Below the pieces are notes generated by a model. It had not been told where the DNA came from, made no database searches, and worked only from the letters and a program-made list of their open reading frames with translations. Positions 52,265 through 64,000 of a stretch of 64,000 bases of DNA are shown piece by piece. Every line of letters begins with the position of its first letter. Within the stretch, counting starts at the first letter, position 1. The translations under genes were made by a program, and so were the position numbers. Source of the DNA: Lama guanicoe (Eukaryota); assembly GCA_013239625.1 (NCBI GenBank), contig MU054220.1, forward strand, positions 6,494,626-6,558,625. Direction: 5' to 3'.

Positions 52265-55200
52265 TGTTACATATACCATCTTAAGTACTCCTCATTAAGT
52301 GAGAATAATAAGTTTTTGCCATTTTATAGATGAAGAAGCTGCAGTTCAAAAGGACTAAAGAATAGGCTTGACATCACAATGCAAACGTTCAGCTGCAAAT
52401 CTGGGGGCTAGTTTCTCTCTGCTCTGATGTCACAGAAAACATGGAGTTCAGGAAGACGGACCGAATGGCCATCTTCTATACCTAGAGCTTAGAACTGCCC
52501 AGGTCAGAAAGCACTTTCCTAGCACAAAAATAATTTAAACTACGCCTCCCTTAATCCCAGTGCCCCCCCACCCCACCCCCGCAACAGTCTCCAATACCAC
52601 CGAAGGGGAGACCGCTAGCGGCCGCCCTGCCTGCTCCAAGCAGAGCGGTTTGCTGTAACTGTTTGACACATAGAGCTTCTGACTGTAATTCATTGAAAGA
52701 AAGAGATCCAACTGCTTAAACACTTTTGCAGAGTATTAACCAAAGGCTTCACTCTGACCCAAAACATTTCCTGGATTAACCTGAGGATTCTGCTGGCTAG
52801 ATTCCTAGATTCTAGGAGTTTACTGGACTTTTTGGTGCTTGGATAACGTATTGAGCAAAACCCAGAATTCTAGGTCTGTTTTTCTTTTCTCCTAAACCTA
52901 GACTTTTTCACTGGCCTGTTTTTCTTCAATCTCCTCTGTATTATCTCCATCTTCCTATTTTGGTCATTGAAAATAATGTTGTGTAGACCTCTCCCACCTG
53001 GATCGGACATTTCGAGAGTAATTATCCCAGGAGATAAATGCCACGTTTTGATTGCAGATATGAGCAAGCATGTCATATATGGAAAGGCACAGCTTAGTTG
53101 ATCGAATTTATGTTGCTGGTAAGTCCCTGGCTGTAAATTAGTTTTACCTTTGTGACTGTTTTCTTACTGGTTGTTATTCTTCCCTTAAAAGGCAGAGTTG
53201 ATTCCAGCTGTACAATCTTGTTTGTTATCATTTCCCGCTTATTTTTAGAAATAGCTTTTAAGTGCTCAAACAGATAAGGAAGTACCACTTTTGTATATGG
53301 TTTTTTAACCACGTCTGCTTTTTAGGAAGATAAATGCAGCCGTTCCACACTCCTCCCTTAAAACAAAATAAATAAACCAGTCCCAGATAGCTTCTGAACA
53401 TAATCACAAATGGAAAGATTGGTTTGCATCCTACATGACTTCCAGGAGGAAGCAAAGTGTTCTCAAGATTTAGAAGCTCTCTCTAAAAATGTTCTTTGTT
53501 ATGTTTTAAAAGGAAGCTTAATTACAAAAAAAGCTTTAGTCCTCCCTTGGGGAATAGTATTTTCATAATGATAATAGTCTTTTCATACAGTAATTCTTTT
53601 ATAGATAAAGGATGCTTGTGTTGGAAGCCTTTGGAACTTACTGAAATGCATACGTCCCCAGTGGGTTTTCAGCATATCCTTTTAGGGAGGAAGATGGATA
53701 CAATCATGAGAGCTGACATCTGGTACAACCAGATATTTTCAGTTTAGTCTTCACAGAGGTCTGTTTTCAATGACTTCTAGAGATTGCCTTATATATATTT
53801 TGGTTACAGGACTATAATGAGTCTTAGATACCATTTTCACGTCCCGTTTAACCTCTCTTTCAGTATTTGGATCTGATGCAGAACTTCCTTTATACTGTAA
53901 GTCCACCCTGCTGTCAAAGTGCTCCTCCCCAAGGAGTTTTAATGGAGGCCACTGAGCCAGTCCCCCTCACGCATCACCTCTGCCACCTTAGACCGGAGGC
54001 CTGGAGACCACACTCACCCTCACCTGCAGCGACTGTTCTGCCAGCCACTCACAAATCTTTCTCTCAGTGGTGTCCCACCACCATCGGTGTCAGAGCCAGT
54101 TGCAGCTTCCGGGTCCAACCATCTCAAGACATTGAAGCGTCCTTAGCCAACCAAAGGCAAGCCTCTGTTCGAAGGAACTGCTCTAAGGGGCTTGAGAGGT
54201 CAGCATAGGCGAGTGCCCAGCATATGAATCTCATTGCTCCAAACGCAAACTTGTAGTAGTTCCCTTGGGTTCTGGGGAATTGAGTAATTTCTCTCTAACA
54301 TTAGAAACCATTTGTAGAGTTCAACTCACAAAATATGAAGCAAGTAAGTAAATGAATGAAGAGCGAATGAAAGAAATGGTAGAAGCCCTTCTTAGAGCCC
54401 CAGTATAATAGCTTCGTCTGAAAAGCGATTTCCCTTACAACCATCTTTCCAGGTGGCATGTGCAGGGCAGCTGAGAGAAAAAGAGGACACTTGGTACCTG
54501 CAGTAGCCTTTCTTGCCTCCTACCTGGGTCCAAAACCCAGAGGTGGCTCCTCCCGCTTATAATAACAGTTTTGCCATAATTTCTGCACCAGACTGATGGA
54601 CTCCCCAGATTCTGGTATTTCTCACTTTTGGGGAAATGTTTGGAGGCTGACAAAAATGACAACAAAACTGTTGGTAGATACCTCGTTTGTTTTATTTATC
54701 CTGTTTCTGCCGCATGTTTTCATGGGTCAGCTGTCATCTGAACAGCTCTGATTATATATTTTAATTGTTAATTTAAACCTCAAAATGCCTACCAGACCAG
54801 CACCCTCGCTTTTATGTCATTAATGATGAGAGATTCTCTTTTCAGCTTTTTCGCGACTCAAGTGAACCCATCCTCTCAGAACTTTCTGTGATGATGAACA
54901 GAAAATGCTGTATAAGCGTATGAGTGATCAGGGATGAAACAGTTGTTGTGCTATGCTTGTTGTTAAAAATGATGGCCATATTGTATAAAATATTGCTATT
55001 TATCCCAAATCCACGCTATCAGTGTGGTCTTGGTCTTATTGTCATCCTCCTCATCCTCATCTAAATTGTTAAAGAAGGGATTCAGTTTGTGATAGTCCCT
55101 CTAGAGGGTACTTTATGACTGCTAATTAAACCAGATGTTTTGTTTAGGTTGTGACACAGAATAAATCCAACCAATGTCACATTCAAACTTAGATCATTGG

Positions 55201-55729
55201 CTTGGGGCGGAGGGTGGGGTAGGGGCAGGGTAGCAGGGGTTGATGTTGAAGCAGCAACAATTCCTGGTAGGCAACGGGTGAATGCAAATTCTTAGATCCA
55301 GGAGCTGAGCTGCATTGATAGTTGGGTTGTAGGGAAAAGGGAAATATATAAAAACAGGAACCAGAAGGGCAACCTGGGTCCAAGAGGAAATTGGCTTATG
55401 GGGAAGAATTGAATGTGAACTCGGAAGCTAGGATAGAGAACGACTCCGAGCCTAAGTTATGTCAGTAGTTCTTCAAGTTAGTGCCTTTTCATGCAGACTT
55501 CATATAAATAACTGTTGTCAGAAAAATATCAATAAAGCACACAGCTAAAATTGCCCTACCTAACATCTTTCAAATGTATCTCCTCACTTTAGGAGGCAGA
55601 CCAGATTCCTGACATATTCTTAACATACCCATTAGAACTTATGTACTCTCTACCCTTCTGGTATTCCTCATCTCTTTTATTTATCTATGCAATATAGACT
55701 GAGTTGCAGTCCTGGAAGGTAGACTAAAT

Positions 55730-56015
55730 TTCACCTCTGATCCATTGCACATACTGTTTCCTTTGCCCAGGCACTCAACACCCCGCCCGACCCCCCACCC
55801 TAGAAGTATATTTTCAGTTCTCAGCATAGAGGCCAAGAAACCATATTATTTCCTTATCTGCTTACTCTAGTTGGTTTCCACCATTAGAATGTAACTTCCT
55901 GAAGGCAGAAGAGTCTATGTGGTTCTTTACTGGATACCTACTTCCTAAGATGCTATCTGGTCTATAAGCAGGCACTTTATAAGTATTTGTTGAATCCGTG
56001 AATGAATGGGTGAAT
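55730..56015 (+). mobile_element. L2 LINE 3' fragment
   Basis: Ends 'ttagaatgtaacttcctgaaggcag...taagtatttgttgaatccgtgaatgaatg'. Confidence 0.7.
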
Positions 56016-56027
56016 TGAAAGATTGAC

Positions 56028-56102
56028 AGATGGATAAATGGATGGATAGATGGATGGATAGATGGACGGACTAATAGATGGAATATATATATATATATAT
56101 AT
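56028..56102. repeat. Imperfect (GGAT)n followed by (TA)n
   Basis: Read directly. Confidence 0.85.
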
Positions 56103-56824
56103 TTGATAAATTGTTATCATTTTAGATGTCAAATAAAGCTTAAAATTTCATTTGCAAAGGGCATATACTCTTGGTACCAGATCTAATTCTCCTGGATGTC
56201 TAGTTGATATTTTAGCCAGAATGTTTCTTGAATTTTTATATAAAACCAGTTCTATCTCTGGAGGTTTGACAGGGAGTGAATGTCTCTGAGTAATTAGAAC
56301 TTTACTGATATCATTCCATTGTGTAGCAAAGTAAACTATTCAGAGAGCAGTAAGGCAGGAGGAAGACATATATGCCAGCATTTTTATTGAGGCTCTATTA
56401 TGTGTCAGGCATTGCTTAAGAGGTTTAGTGATTAATCTTATCTCCTCTTGTCATTGTGAATCATCCATTATTATTCTAATTTTATATATAACACTTATGT
56501 ATGTGTGACCTATATGGATCCTTAGTGTAGTAGCATTGGGGTTGAACTCATGTCCCAGAAAACCAGATGATGAAAAAATACATTGCATCTTTGTCTTGTA
56601 TATCTTAGACTCCTTAAAAGGATAGTTAATTGACAGCTATACTTGTTAATATTACTTTTTTTTTCTTTCCTATTTGCCATATACCTTGGATATTCCCAAA
56701 TGTCTTTTTATTCTCTCTCTCACTCTTGCTCCTAAATTTCATTCTCTTTCTTTACCACTTCTGTTTTTGACTCTTTTGTCCTTCCCTAATTCTTGATCAC
56801 AAAGGCTCAAAAGAAATGGCCAGT

Positions 56825-57111
56825 TTTTTTTTTTTTAATTGAAGTATAGTCAATTTACCATGTGTCAATTTCTGGTGTACAGCATAATAGTTCCATCAGA
56901 CATATACATACATATATTCATTTTCATATTCTTTTTCATTGTAGATTACTACAAAATTTTGAATATAATTCCCTGAGCTATACTGAAGAAAATTATTATT
57001 TATATATTTTACATATAGTGGTTAATATTTGCAAATCTTGAACTCCCAATTTATCCCTTCTCACTCCCTTTCCCCCAGTAACCGTAAGTTTCTTTACTAT
57101 GTCTGTGAGTC
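56825..57111 (-). mobile_element. 5'-truncated LINE-1 3'UTR (~290 bp) with poly(A) and perfect 13-bp TSD
   Basis: Poly(T) then 'aattgaagtatagt...tgtgtcaatttctggtgtacagc'; TSD agaaatggccagt at 56812-56824 and 57112-57124. Confidence 0.93.
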
Positions 57112-57166
57112 AGAAATGGCCAGTATAGGCAGAAAAGGGACATAGCCATGGAGTATGATTGGAGTC

Positions 57167-57168
<2 letters not shown>

Positions 57169-57204
<36 letters not shown>
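57169..57204. repeat. (GT)18 microsatellite
   Basis: Perfect run read directly. Confidence 0.97.
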
Positions 57205-57205
<1 letters not shown>

Positions 57206-57397
57206 GGTAGAACAGTTTTCCATGATATCTCTCAGTGAGTCATTGATTTATCGATTTTTTATTATGAAATCATTTACCCCTACCTCACCAGCTTTCAAAT
57301 AAGACGTGTATTGCTAAAAAGACTGCACTTGGGTATTTATGGTGTTTGTTGATTTTGTTGTTATCATTTGGACAGTGGATCTTTCTTTTTGCCCAAC

Positions 57398-57724
57398 TGT
57401 TACGGGTTAAATTTAGTCCCCAAAACAGGCATGTTGAAGCCCTAACCCTCACTTGGGATGTGACATTATTTCAGAATGGGGTTACTGCCACGTAATTAGT
57501 TAAAATGGGGTCATACTGGAACAGGGTGGATGTTTAACCCAGTGACTGGTGACCTTGTAAGAGGAGACAAGGAAGGGTCCTCCCATTGAGGCATCAGCAT
57601 TGTCCTACCAACATCTTGACTTTGAACTTCTAGCATCTGGAATTATGAGACAATAAATTTATGTAGTTTTAGACCAGTTCATTTGTGGTACTTTGATATA
57701 GCAACCCTTAGAAACTGAAATACA
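57398..57724 (+). mobile_element. MaLR MLT1B-like solo LTR (internally deleted)
   Basis: Starts 'tgttacgggttaaat..gtccccaaaa', has 'gtaattagttaaaatggggtcatactgga', ends 'gagacaataaattt...tttgtggtactttg...gaaactgaaataca'. Confidence 0.85.
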
Positions 57725-59428
57725 GCTTTTTAAGGCAAATTATTCTGGGACAATATTGACAGTCCAAGGAAGAGGTCCTAGGTCCACTACTAAGGTGAAT
57801 ACATTCAAGAGGACTCTAAATATTTCTTAAGGAACTTAGGAAACTTAGTTGCTTTAAAGGTGCCATTGATACTAGTCCTTCATTTGCTTCCTTCCTGCCT
57901 AAACTGTTCTCTAAAGTCTTTGGGAACCATCCCTCCTGTCCCCTACCATTTCTACCCCGCCTCTCCTGCAGTAAACACCTCCAACGGTTAGTTGTGAACC
58001 TTGGAAAGATAGTGTTGTAATGGATGAGTGAGACCAGAGGGGAAAATATATTCAAGAAGTGTCATTGAGATGGCCTTAATCTCTGAAATCTTTCACATTC
58101 TTTGTCCCAGGTTACATCTAAGAAAAGCCATACCATTTGCTCTCACATGTATTTCATCCTCTTTTTTTTTTTTAAATCTCCCAGAGACTGTGAGGTTAAA
58201 TAGCGGATGTCTAAAAGTTGTTTTAGGCATCACCTACCTAAAGGGAAAAGGTAGTATTGTTATCATCTGAGGAGGGGCATTAAAAATTGTTATCTTAATC
58301 ACATATTTAGCTTTTCTCTTGTTGATCTAATCTTTGGATTGGAGGCTGAAAGTCAAGCACCTTTTATTTTGAAAATAAATCATTGGTATTCTCATTTGTA
58401 TTCCAGGTACTAACAATAGTGCTGTGATTTGCGCTATGCTTCTACCCACGTTGTCCTTTTCAGTATCTGCTAATAGCTACTAATAGAGTAATTGCTTGAT
58501 AAAAGGAGATTAATTCAGTATATGGAAATTGAGCAACTTTCTTCAAAAACAACAAAATACATTTTACTTCATTATGATCATAAAATTAAAACACGCTCTT
58601 GGTGGAAAATTTGAATAAAATAAGCAATGAGGCAAACAAACCACCCACAATCACTCTACATGTTTGTCTTTTAGTTTCCATTAAGGTTTAATAGCTGTGC
58701 TTACATTGTAGTTTTAATTTGCTGCCTTGCTTTTTTTTTTCGCTTGTCATTATAAGAGTTTTTCCCCATTATACAAAATATTTTCTGCAAGCGTCATCTT
58801 AAATGATTGCATAATATTCCTTCATTAGGATATATTATAGTTTATGTAAACTTTGCCCTGTTTTAGCACATTCATTTTAATAAAAACTTAAAACTACTGA
58901 AAAGTTAGAAATTACCCATTTCAAAGATATTCAATTCTAAATTAGGATATCTAGTGAATTAATACGTATGTTCCAACTATGTCCACTGGTTGCTAATATT
59001 CTGTATAAGTTCTATCATTGTATCTTTTTTCTCCAAGCCTCAATATCCATAGAGAACTAGCCTGAGATACGATGATAATATACTTACTTTGCTTTCTTCA
59101 AGCTAAACTCTGTGGAGGACACTAAGGTAATTCAGTAACAGCACCTGCGTTCCAAGCACTTACAACAAAATATACAAGGTAATACCTATAACTCAAAGGA
59201 GGAAAAAATATCCTGCAAAATGTACATATACAAATGTTATTGTAGTTAAATAGATTTTTAATAATTTTTCTGGTAGGGGCATTAGGGGACTGAAAATGGA
59301 GAGGTAGAATTCGAGTTGGAACTGAAGATTAATATGATTAAATACTTATAAATTTGAGTGGGCTGAGTGGAGAGAGGACTGTGGGAAGCAAAGTTCAGAA
59401 GTATTACTTTTAGTGGAGAATAGCAAGT

Positions 59429-59940
59429 ACAGCCTGTATCTCCATTAACCAACTTCAAATTGCTGAATATCCAGCACCCTCCCTGCTTTCTCTAAGGTAT
59501 TGTTTCTGATGCTCATGGTATATTGAACTCTTGAGCTACTAAGAGAACATTCACACATTTCTATTTCTACAAATTGGTGGTATGCTTAACAAGAGCTACT
59601 TGCTTTTGTTGCTAAAACTACTCACATCAGTGTTTCTTGTTATTGTAAATATATAGTCATTTAAAAGTATGTTAACCAAAGAAATATAAGGGTAAAAAGA
59701 AAGGTGGTTATTTTCTTCTGTGAATGCTAAGTTAAAGTATTGAAAAAACACAGCAGAGATGAATCACTAGAAAATTATGGCAGAATTAAGGGTTGGAGAA
59801 GAGTCAAACACAAAAGTTTGGAGGAAAAACTTAAAATATGAAAGGATCATGCATTCAAATTGCAAGTATTTCTAAAAACTTGTTCCATTCTAAAGAAAAT
59901 AAAACTGGAAAAAGTGTGTGATTCAGCAATTGGTGTAAAT
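59429..59940 (+). mobile_element. Tigger/pogo-type DNA transposon fragment (left end plus decayed transposase N-terminus)
   Basis: TA-preceded 'cag...ctccattaaccaac' TIR-like start; 59695-59840 translates, with disruptions, to KKKVVI...AKLK...KIMAELRVGE...KVWRKNLK, resembling the Tigger/CENP-B N-terminal HTH. Confidence 0.55.
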
Positions 59941-60109
59941 ACGTACTTTTCATCTTTGATCGGGCAATTTATTACAAAGTAGGTTAATTAAAATTATACA
60001 CAAATTTATAAACATTTTCATCCAAGACAAAAACACATAAATATACATTCACTTGCCAGTCATTTCATGCAAAGCCTATGCCATTTTGTTTTTTTCTTTT
60101 TAGTGTGGA

Positions 60110-60960
60110 ATGATTAAGTCATGTAAGGATTTGGATCCAGACTAAGATGTTTGAACTTTATTTGGGGGATATTGGGAAGATACTGACTGATCTGGAGCAG
60201 AGTCGTGGCTCGACCAGGTGAATCATCCTAGATAAAGAACAAACTGGCAGCCTTGCTCAAGATGAACTGGAATAGTCAGAGACTAGAGGTGGGGAGAATA
60301 GATGACAAAGGACAAGAAAGGTGTAACTATGGCCTGAATTACTGGTAGTGAGAATGAGGACAAGAATTGGTATTCTTCAGGGAGAACACAGGTCCTGGCC
60401 ATTGGCTTAAATGTAGTGTCAGTGAGATGATACCTGGATTTTAGGTTTGACAAACTGGATGGATGAAAGTGACAGTAAGAACAATGGGGAACAAAGGAAG
60501 GGGAGGAGCCCTACTCAGGCCCTGAAAGTTGAGTTTCATTTTGGATCTGTTCAGTGGAGAATTCCAGTTATAGGCTCCCATTCTTCCACCCCAGTCCAGG
60601 GCATTTCATCTCCAGTGGACAGCAGACAACTGGAGACAGAATCCAGAGCTTGGTGATGAGGATGCCTTTACAGAAAGGAGATAGCTGAAGGCGTAAGAGG
60701 AAAGATACAGAAACAGTTTGAGCCAAGTGATCCCAGTCTCACCGGGTAAGGGAAGTTGAGAAGTTAAGCAGGAACAATTAGTTAAATATTATATAGAGAG
60801 GGAAAGGTCTGTAATCTCTGACAACTGATATGTTGTTGGTGACGGTAAAGAATCACTTTAATGTAATGGTGAGGGTCTTCAAGGAGCCAAGGAAAGCCTG
60901 TGGGAGAGTCATGAAATATACTCAGTGAGTGGGACCTTTAAGAAATATGCCTTGGAGATG
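60110..60960 (-). mobile_element. L2 LINE fragment
   Basis: 'gagactagaggtggggaga', 'ggattttaggtttgacaaactggatggatg', 'gttgagtttcattttggatctgtt' reverse L2 motifs. Confidence 0.6.
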
Positions 60961-61334
60961 GAGGGTAAAATACAAGTAGTAATTTAAGAACGAGATTCTT
61001 TCAACAGTAGGAGAGGTCTTAGGAAAATGTTATACTAAAGAAGATAAAACTGCTAATGAAGAACCCACCTGAATTTTGACTTGAGAAAAATATTTCATTT
61101 GTCAATTATAATAAAGCACATGTACTCATTCTAAGATAGACTTGTTTAATGTTATGTGAATAATGGTAGTCCATTAGGACAGTGTCTTTTCTAAAATGAT
61201 ACAGAGAGATTGAGCTAGGATTATCTAGAAATATCTGTATGTGTATATTTAGGACAAAAGTGTAATAGGAAAAGAAAAATAGAAAAAGAAAGAATACATC
61301 CTTACCGGATTTGGGGAAGCAATATGGCCTAGAG

Positions 61335-61816
61335 CAGTGTTTTTCAAATGGTTGAACATGTGCTATGGAGTTGGTACGCAGAACAGAAATAAATTTCATT
61401 TTAAGTAACACTTATATAATAGTGGAACACAATTACAAAGAAATTCCATTTTCAATTTTATTTCATTTCATCTGGATTATGTTGAGGAGAAAGGCCCAGT
61501 TAGGTGTTAATAATGTATTCCACTCAGCTATTTTTATATTAAAAGAGAATGGGCCACCATCTCAGAGAATTTTTGAAACAATATTTATATTTAACAAGAA
61601 TTTAATAATTTGTTTTAATTGATTTATGGTTATATTTTATGTACAGTATTATATTATTTTTCCAATTATTTTAAGATAGAAAATATCATTTAAAATAAGT
61701 TTAAGTTAAATAAGTGAGGCCATTAAATACACACTCGGTAAGTAAGAGTATAGATGATGCAGTTACAACCTCACAGCTGTGAAAATGGTACCAAAAACAG
61801 GGGTTGGGAAACACTA
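61335..61816. mobile_element. Non-autonomous hAT/Charlie-type DNA transposon
   Basis: Imperfect TIRs cagtgtttttcaa / ttgggaaacacta; left flank gcctagag resembles the Charlie NTCTAGAN target. Confidence 0.6.
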
Positions 61817-62679
61817 GCTTAAAATATAAATGCGTAATTTGAGAATTTCAGAACATTTGATCTGCTAATGTTTTTTGTTGGTGTCTGTTTTTTTGAAAAT
61901 GTTATAATCATTCAGAGCTTTAGTTTCTGTGTTTGTCAACTAGAAATACTCACTAGGAATGTGAAAAGGTCACATGAAATAATCCATGGTAAATAAATTG
62001 CACAATTTTCAACATTATGTCTCTAAAATACGTTACATGTTTGTCAGCATTTCTATTTGTCATGAAAGTTGTGATTTGCCAAGAAAAACACATTCTAGGA
62101 CAGAATGTCATCTATGGACTAAGTATTTATTGAGCTTTTACTCTACGTGGCAGGTGCTGTCCTATTTTTTGAGAAATACACAGATCTGTTCTCAGATAGC
62201 TTACAATCTTGTATGAATAAAAATAAGTAGCCAGTTCAATTCAAGTATTAAAACCTATAGATGGAGGTTTCATGCAGATTCATCATATTACCAACATAGA
62301 TTATTTCATTTTGGCTGCTATGCAAGCTTAGGACTGCCAAATGGAAAGAGATCGGACGTATGACACACTTTAAAGTTTCTTCACTTCCAAGATGAAGTAA
62401 TTATTCAATTCATCTATAATAATGACCTCTTATTCCAAGGGAATTCAAACTCAAGATCAACATCGTCTTGATTACAGTCTTTAACCTAATCATGATGATC
62501 TCCCAAAATTTAGCAAAAGCAAATATAAGCCACTTTTAGCCACTATAATAAGCAGTGATGTAAATAATGCAATCGACCAATCAGAGGACCTAAGTAGAAC
62601 ACATTTTTGATGGAAGAATTGGGGAGTAAGGGTCACAGATTTTGAGCAGTCCATTAGTTGAATCTTGGCTTTGCAAGCA

Positions 62680-63220
62680 ACCATGTGTAGGGAGTCAGGA
62701 TGTGTTAGGTAGTGTTATGGGGCTGCGTGATCTAAGATAGTCTCACTCATATAATTGGTACCTCACCTGTGATGCCTAGAATGGCTCTCTCACCACAGAT
62801 TCTTTCATCTCAAGCTTCTTCATCTGGTAGTAGAAGCATTTCAAGATGGCAATGTCTGTATTCTGACACTTACCAAATCTCTGCTTGTTTCACGTTTGCT
62901 GATGTCTCATGGGCAAGGTGTGTCTCACGCTCAAGGCAAGCGTCAGTGTGGGAAGTGGTGCACAGAGGCTTAGGTAGGAGAAAGTATGGTTCTTTTGGGA
63001 CCATTAATATCACAATCTTTTATAGACCACTTTTATCCACACTTTTTCTTTTTCCCATATGGGAAATATATTGAACATCATCCAAGACTCCCCAGATCCC
63101 TTCCTGTCATGTATCAAGATCATCTTCCACAGTCTTATCATTTTCTTCAGGTCCAGATGTGGATAATGCTTCTCTGGTGCAACCCCTTTGGATCTAGAAA
63201 CCTGTGAAAAAGGTTTACTA
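62680..63220 (-). mobile_element. MaLR LTR with adjoining MLT-internal sequence
   Basis: 'ctctgcttgtttcacgtttgctgatgtctcatgggcaagg' MLT1 motif; 'caggtccagatgtggat...ggatctagaaacctgtgaa' MLT-int motif. Confidence 0.55.
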
Positions 63221-63944
63221 GGCACTACCTTAAATCTTTCTTACGTCTTACAAGGAGTTTTATTACTTCATTCTTCACTTTATCTCTGTCCTGAATCCAT
63301 TTTATTAATCTGAGACTTCTAGGAGGTGGAGGAGGAGAGAATAAAAAATGAATCAATTTTTTTTTAAATTACCAACCAAGTTAGACTTGGTTGTTTTATA
63401 TTTTGTCTACATTCTGCTTTCAAATGAAAAAAAAATTCTCTTCAGTCCTTTTGTTTGTTTCTGTACCTTACCATACACAACTCACAAAAGGCAAATGGCA
63501 TTTTCAATATTCTGCTTTAAAATCTCCTTAACCATATATACAAATTAATTTGGCATATTTCCCATTACATAAGTTACTGCAAGTGGCAGGTTTATCAAGT
63601 GTTTTATAATCACCTTTTTTTCAATTTTCAATAATAGTTTACCTAGTTCACTTACTGCTTCAACTAAAGAGTCTCCTTGCTGCCTATAGCAGGTTGACTT
63701 GTGCCCTCACGCAGCATCTTGTCTGCCACATCCTAGGGTCCCAGCAACTCATGAGGCCATGACAGATTGAACGTTGTATAAACAGACTTCACCTTGATAA
63801 GAGAAGTTAAAGAATCACATGGCTGGATTTTTTAATCTACCACAATTTTATCATGTGATTGTTGAAATGATGAAATAAATATATTTGAAGAGCAGTTGTC
63901 CGACATTAAAAAGCACAACATTTTAGTTTCTTTGTTCATTCTAT

Positions 63945-63977
<33 letters not shown>
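63945..63977. repeat. (ATC)11 trinucleotide microsatellite
   Basis: Perfect run read directly. Confidence 0.97.
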
Positions 63978-63978
<1 letters not shown>

Positions 63979-64000
63979 CAACACTTTGTGTTTTAAACAA

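Noticed and set aside
55097..55108. 12-bp palindrome CCCTCTAGAGGG
   Set aside because: Several palindromes of this length are expected by chance in 64 kb
4420..63220. Inferring host-gene strand from repeat orientation bias
   Set aside because: L1s are mostly plus and LTRs mostly minus; the signals conflict and numbers are small
310..63548. The 60-160 aa ORFs in the six-frame track as host genes
   Set aside because: Many start at non-ATG codons, overlap repeats or microsatellites, and show no recognisable domains; only L1 ORF2 remnants are identifiable
1..64000. CRISPR array, prokaryotic operon, tRNA/rRNA/snRNA genes
   Set aside because: Sequence is mammalian; no regularly spaced repeat-spacer array was seen, and the only tRNA-like sequence is the SINE head at 24251-24305

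Overview
Mammalian, AT-rich, CpG-depleted non-coding DNA (large intron or intergenic region), very probably from a camelid, judged from a camelid-type tRNA-derived SINE and cetartiodactyl-type L1 3' ends. I recognise no host protein-coding exon, RNA gene or CRISPR array. The ORF track looks like chance ORFs, apart from frameshifted LINE-1 ORF2 remnants near 47.2-47.5 kb. The window is a mosaic of old repeats (MIR, L2, MaLR/ERV LTRs, MER5/MER58/Charlie, Tigger-like), younger L1 insertions with target-site duplications (TSDs), microsatellites and repeat-free motif-dense blocks that may be enhancers or CTCF sites. The most striking object is a ~345-bp TSD-flanked element at 14520-14863. It joins the first ~165 nt of an L1 5'UTR to the last ~165 nt of the L1 3'UTR, exactly after an AG present in two other L1 copies here. 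This suggests a spliced, ORF-less mini-L1 mobilised in trans. Repeat family names come from my recall of consensus sequences and need RepeatMasker/Dfam confirmation; most old-repeat boundaries are approximate.
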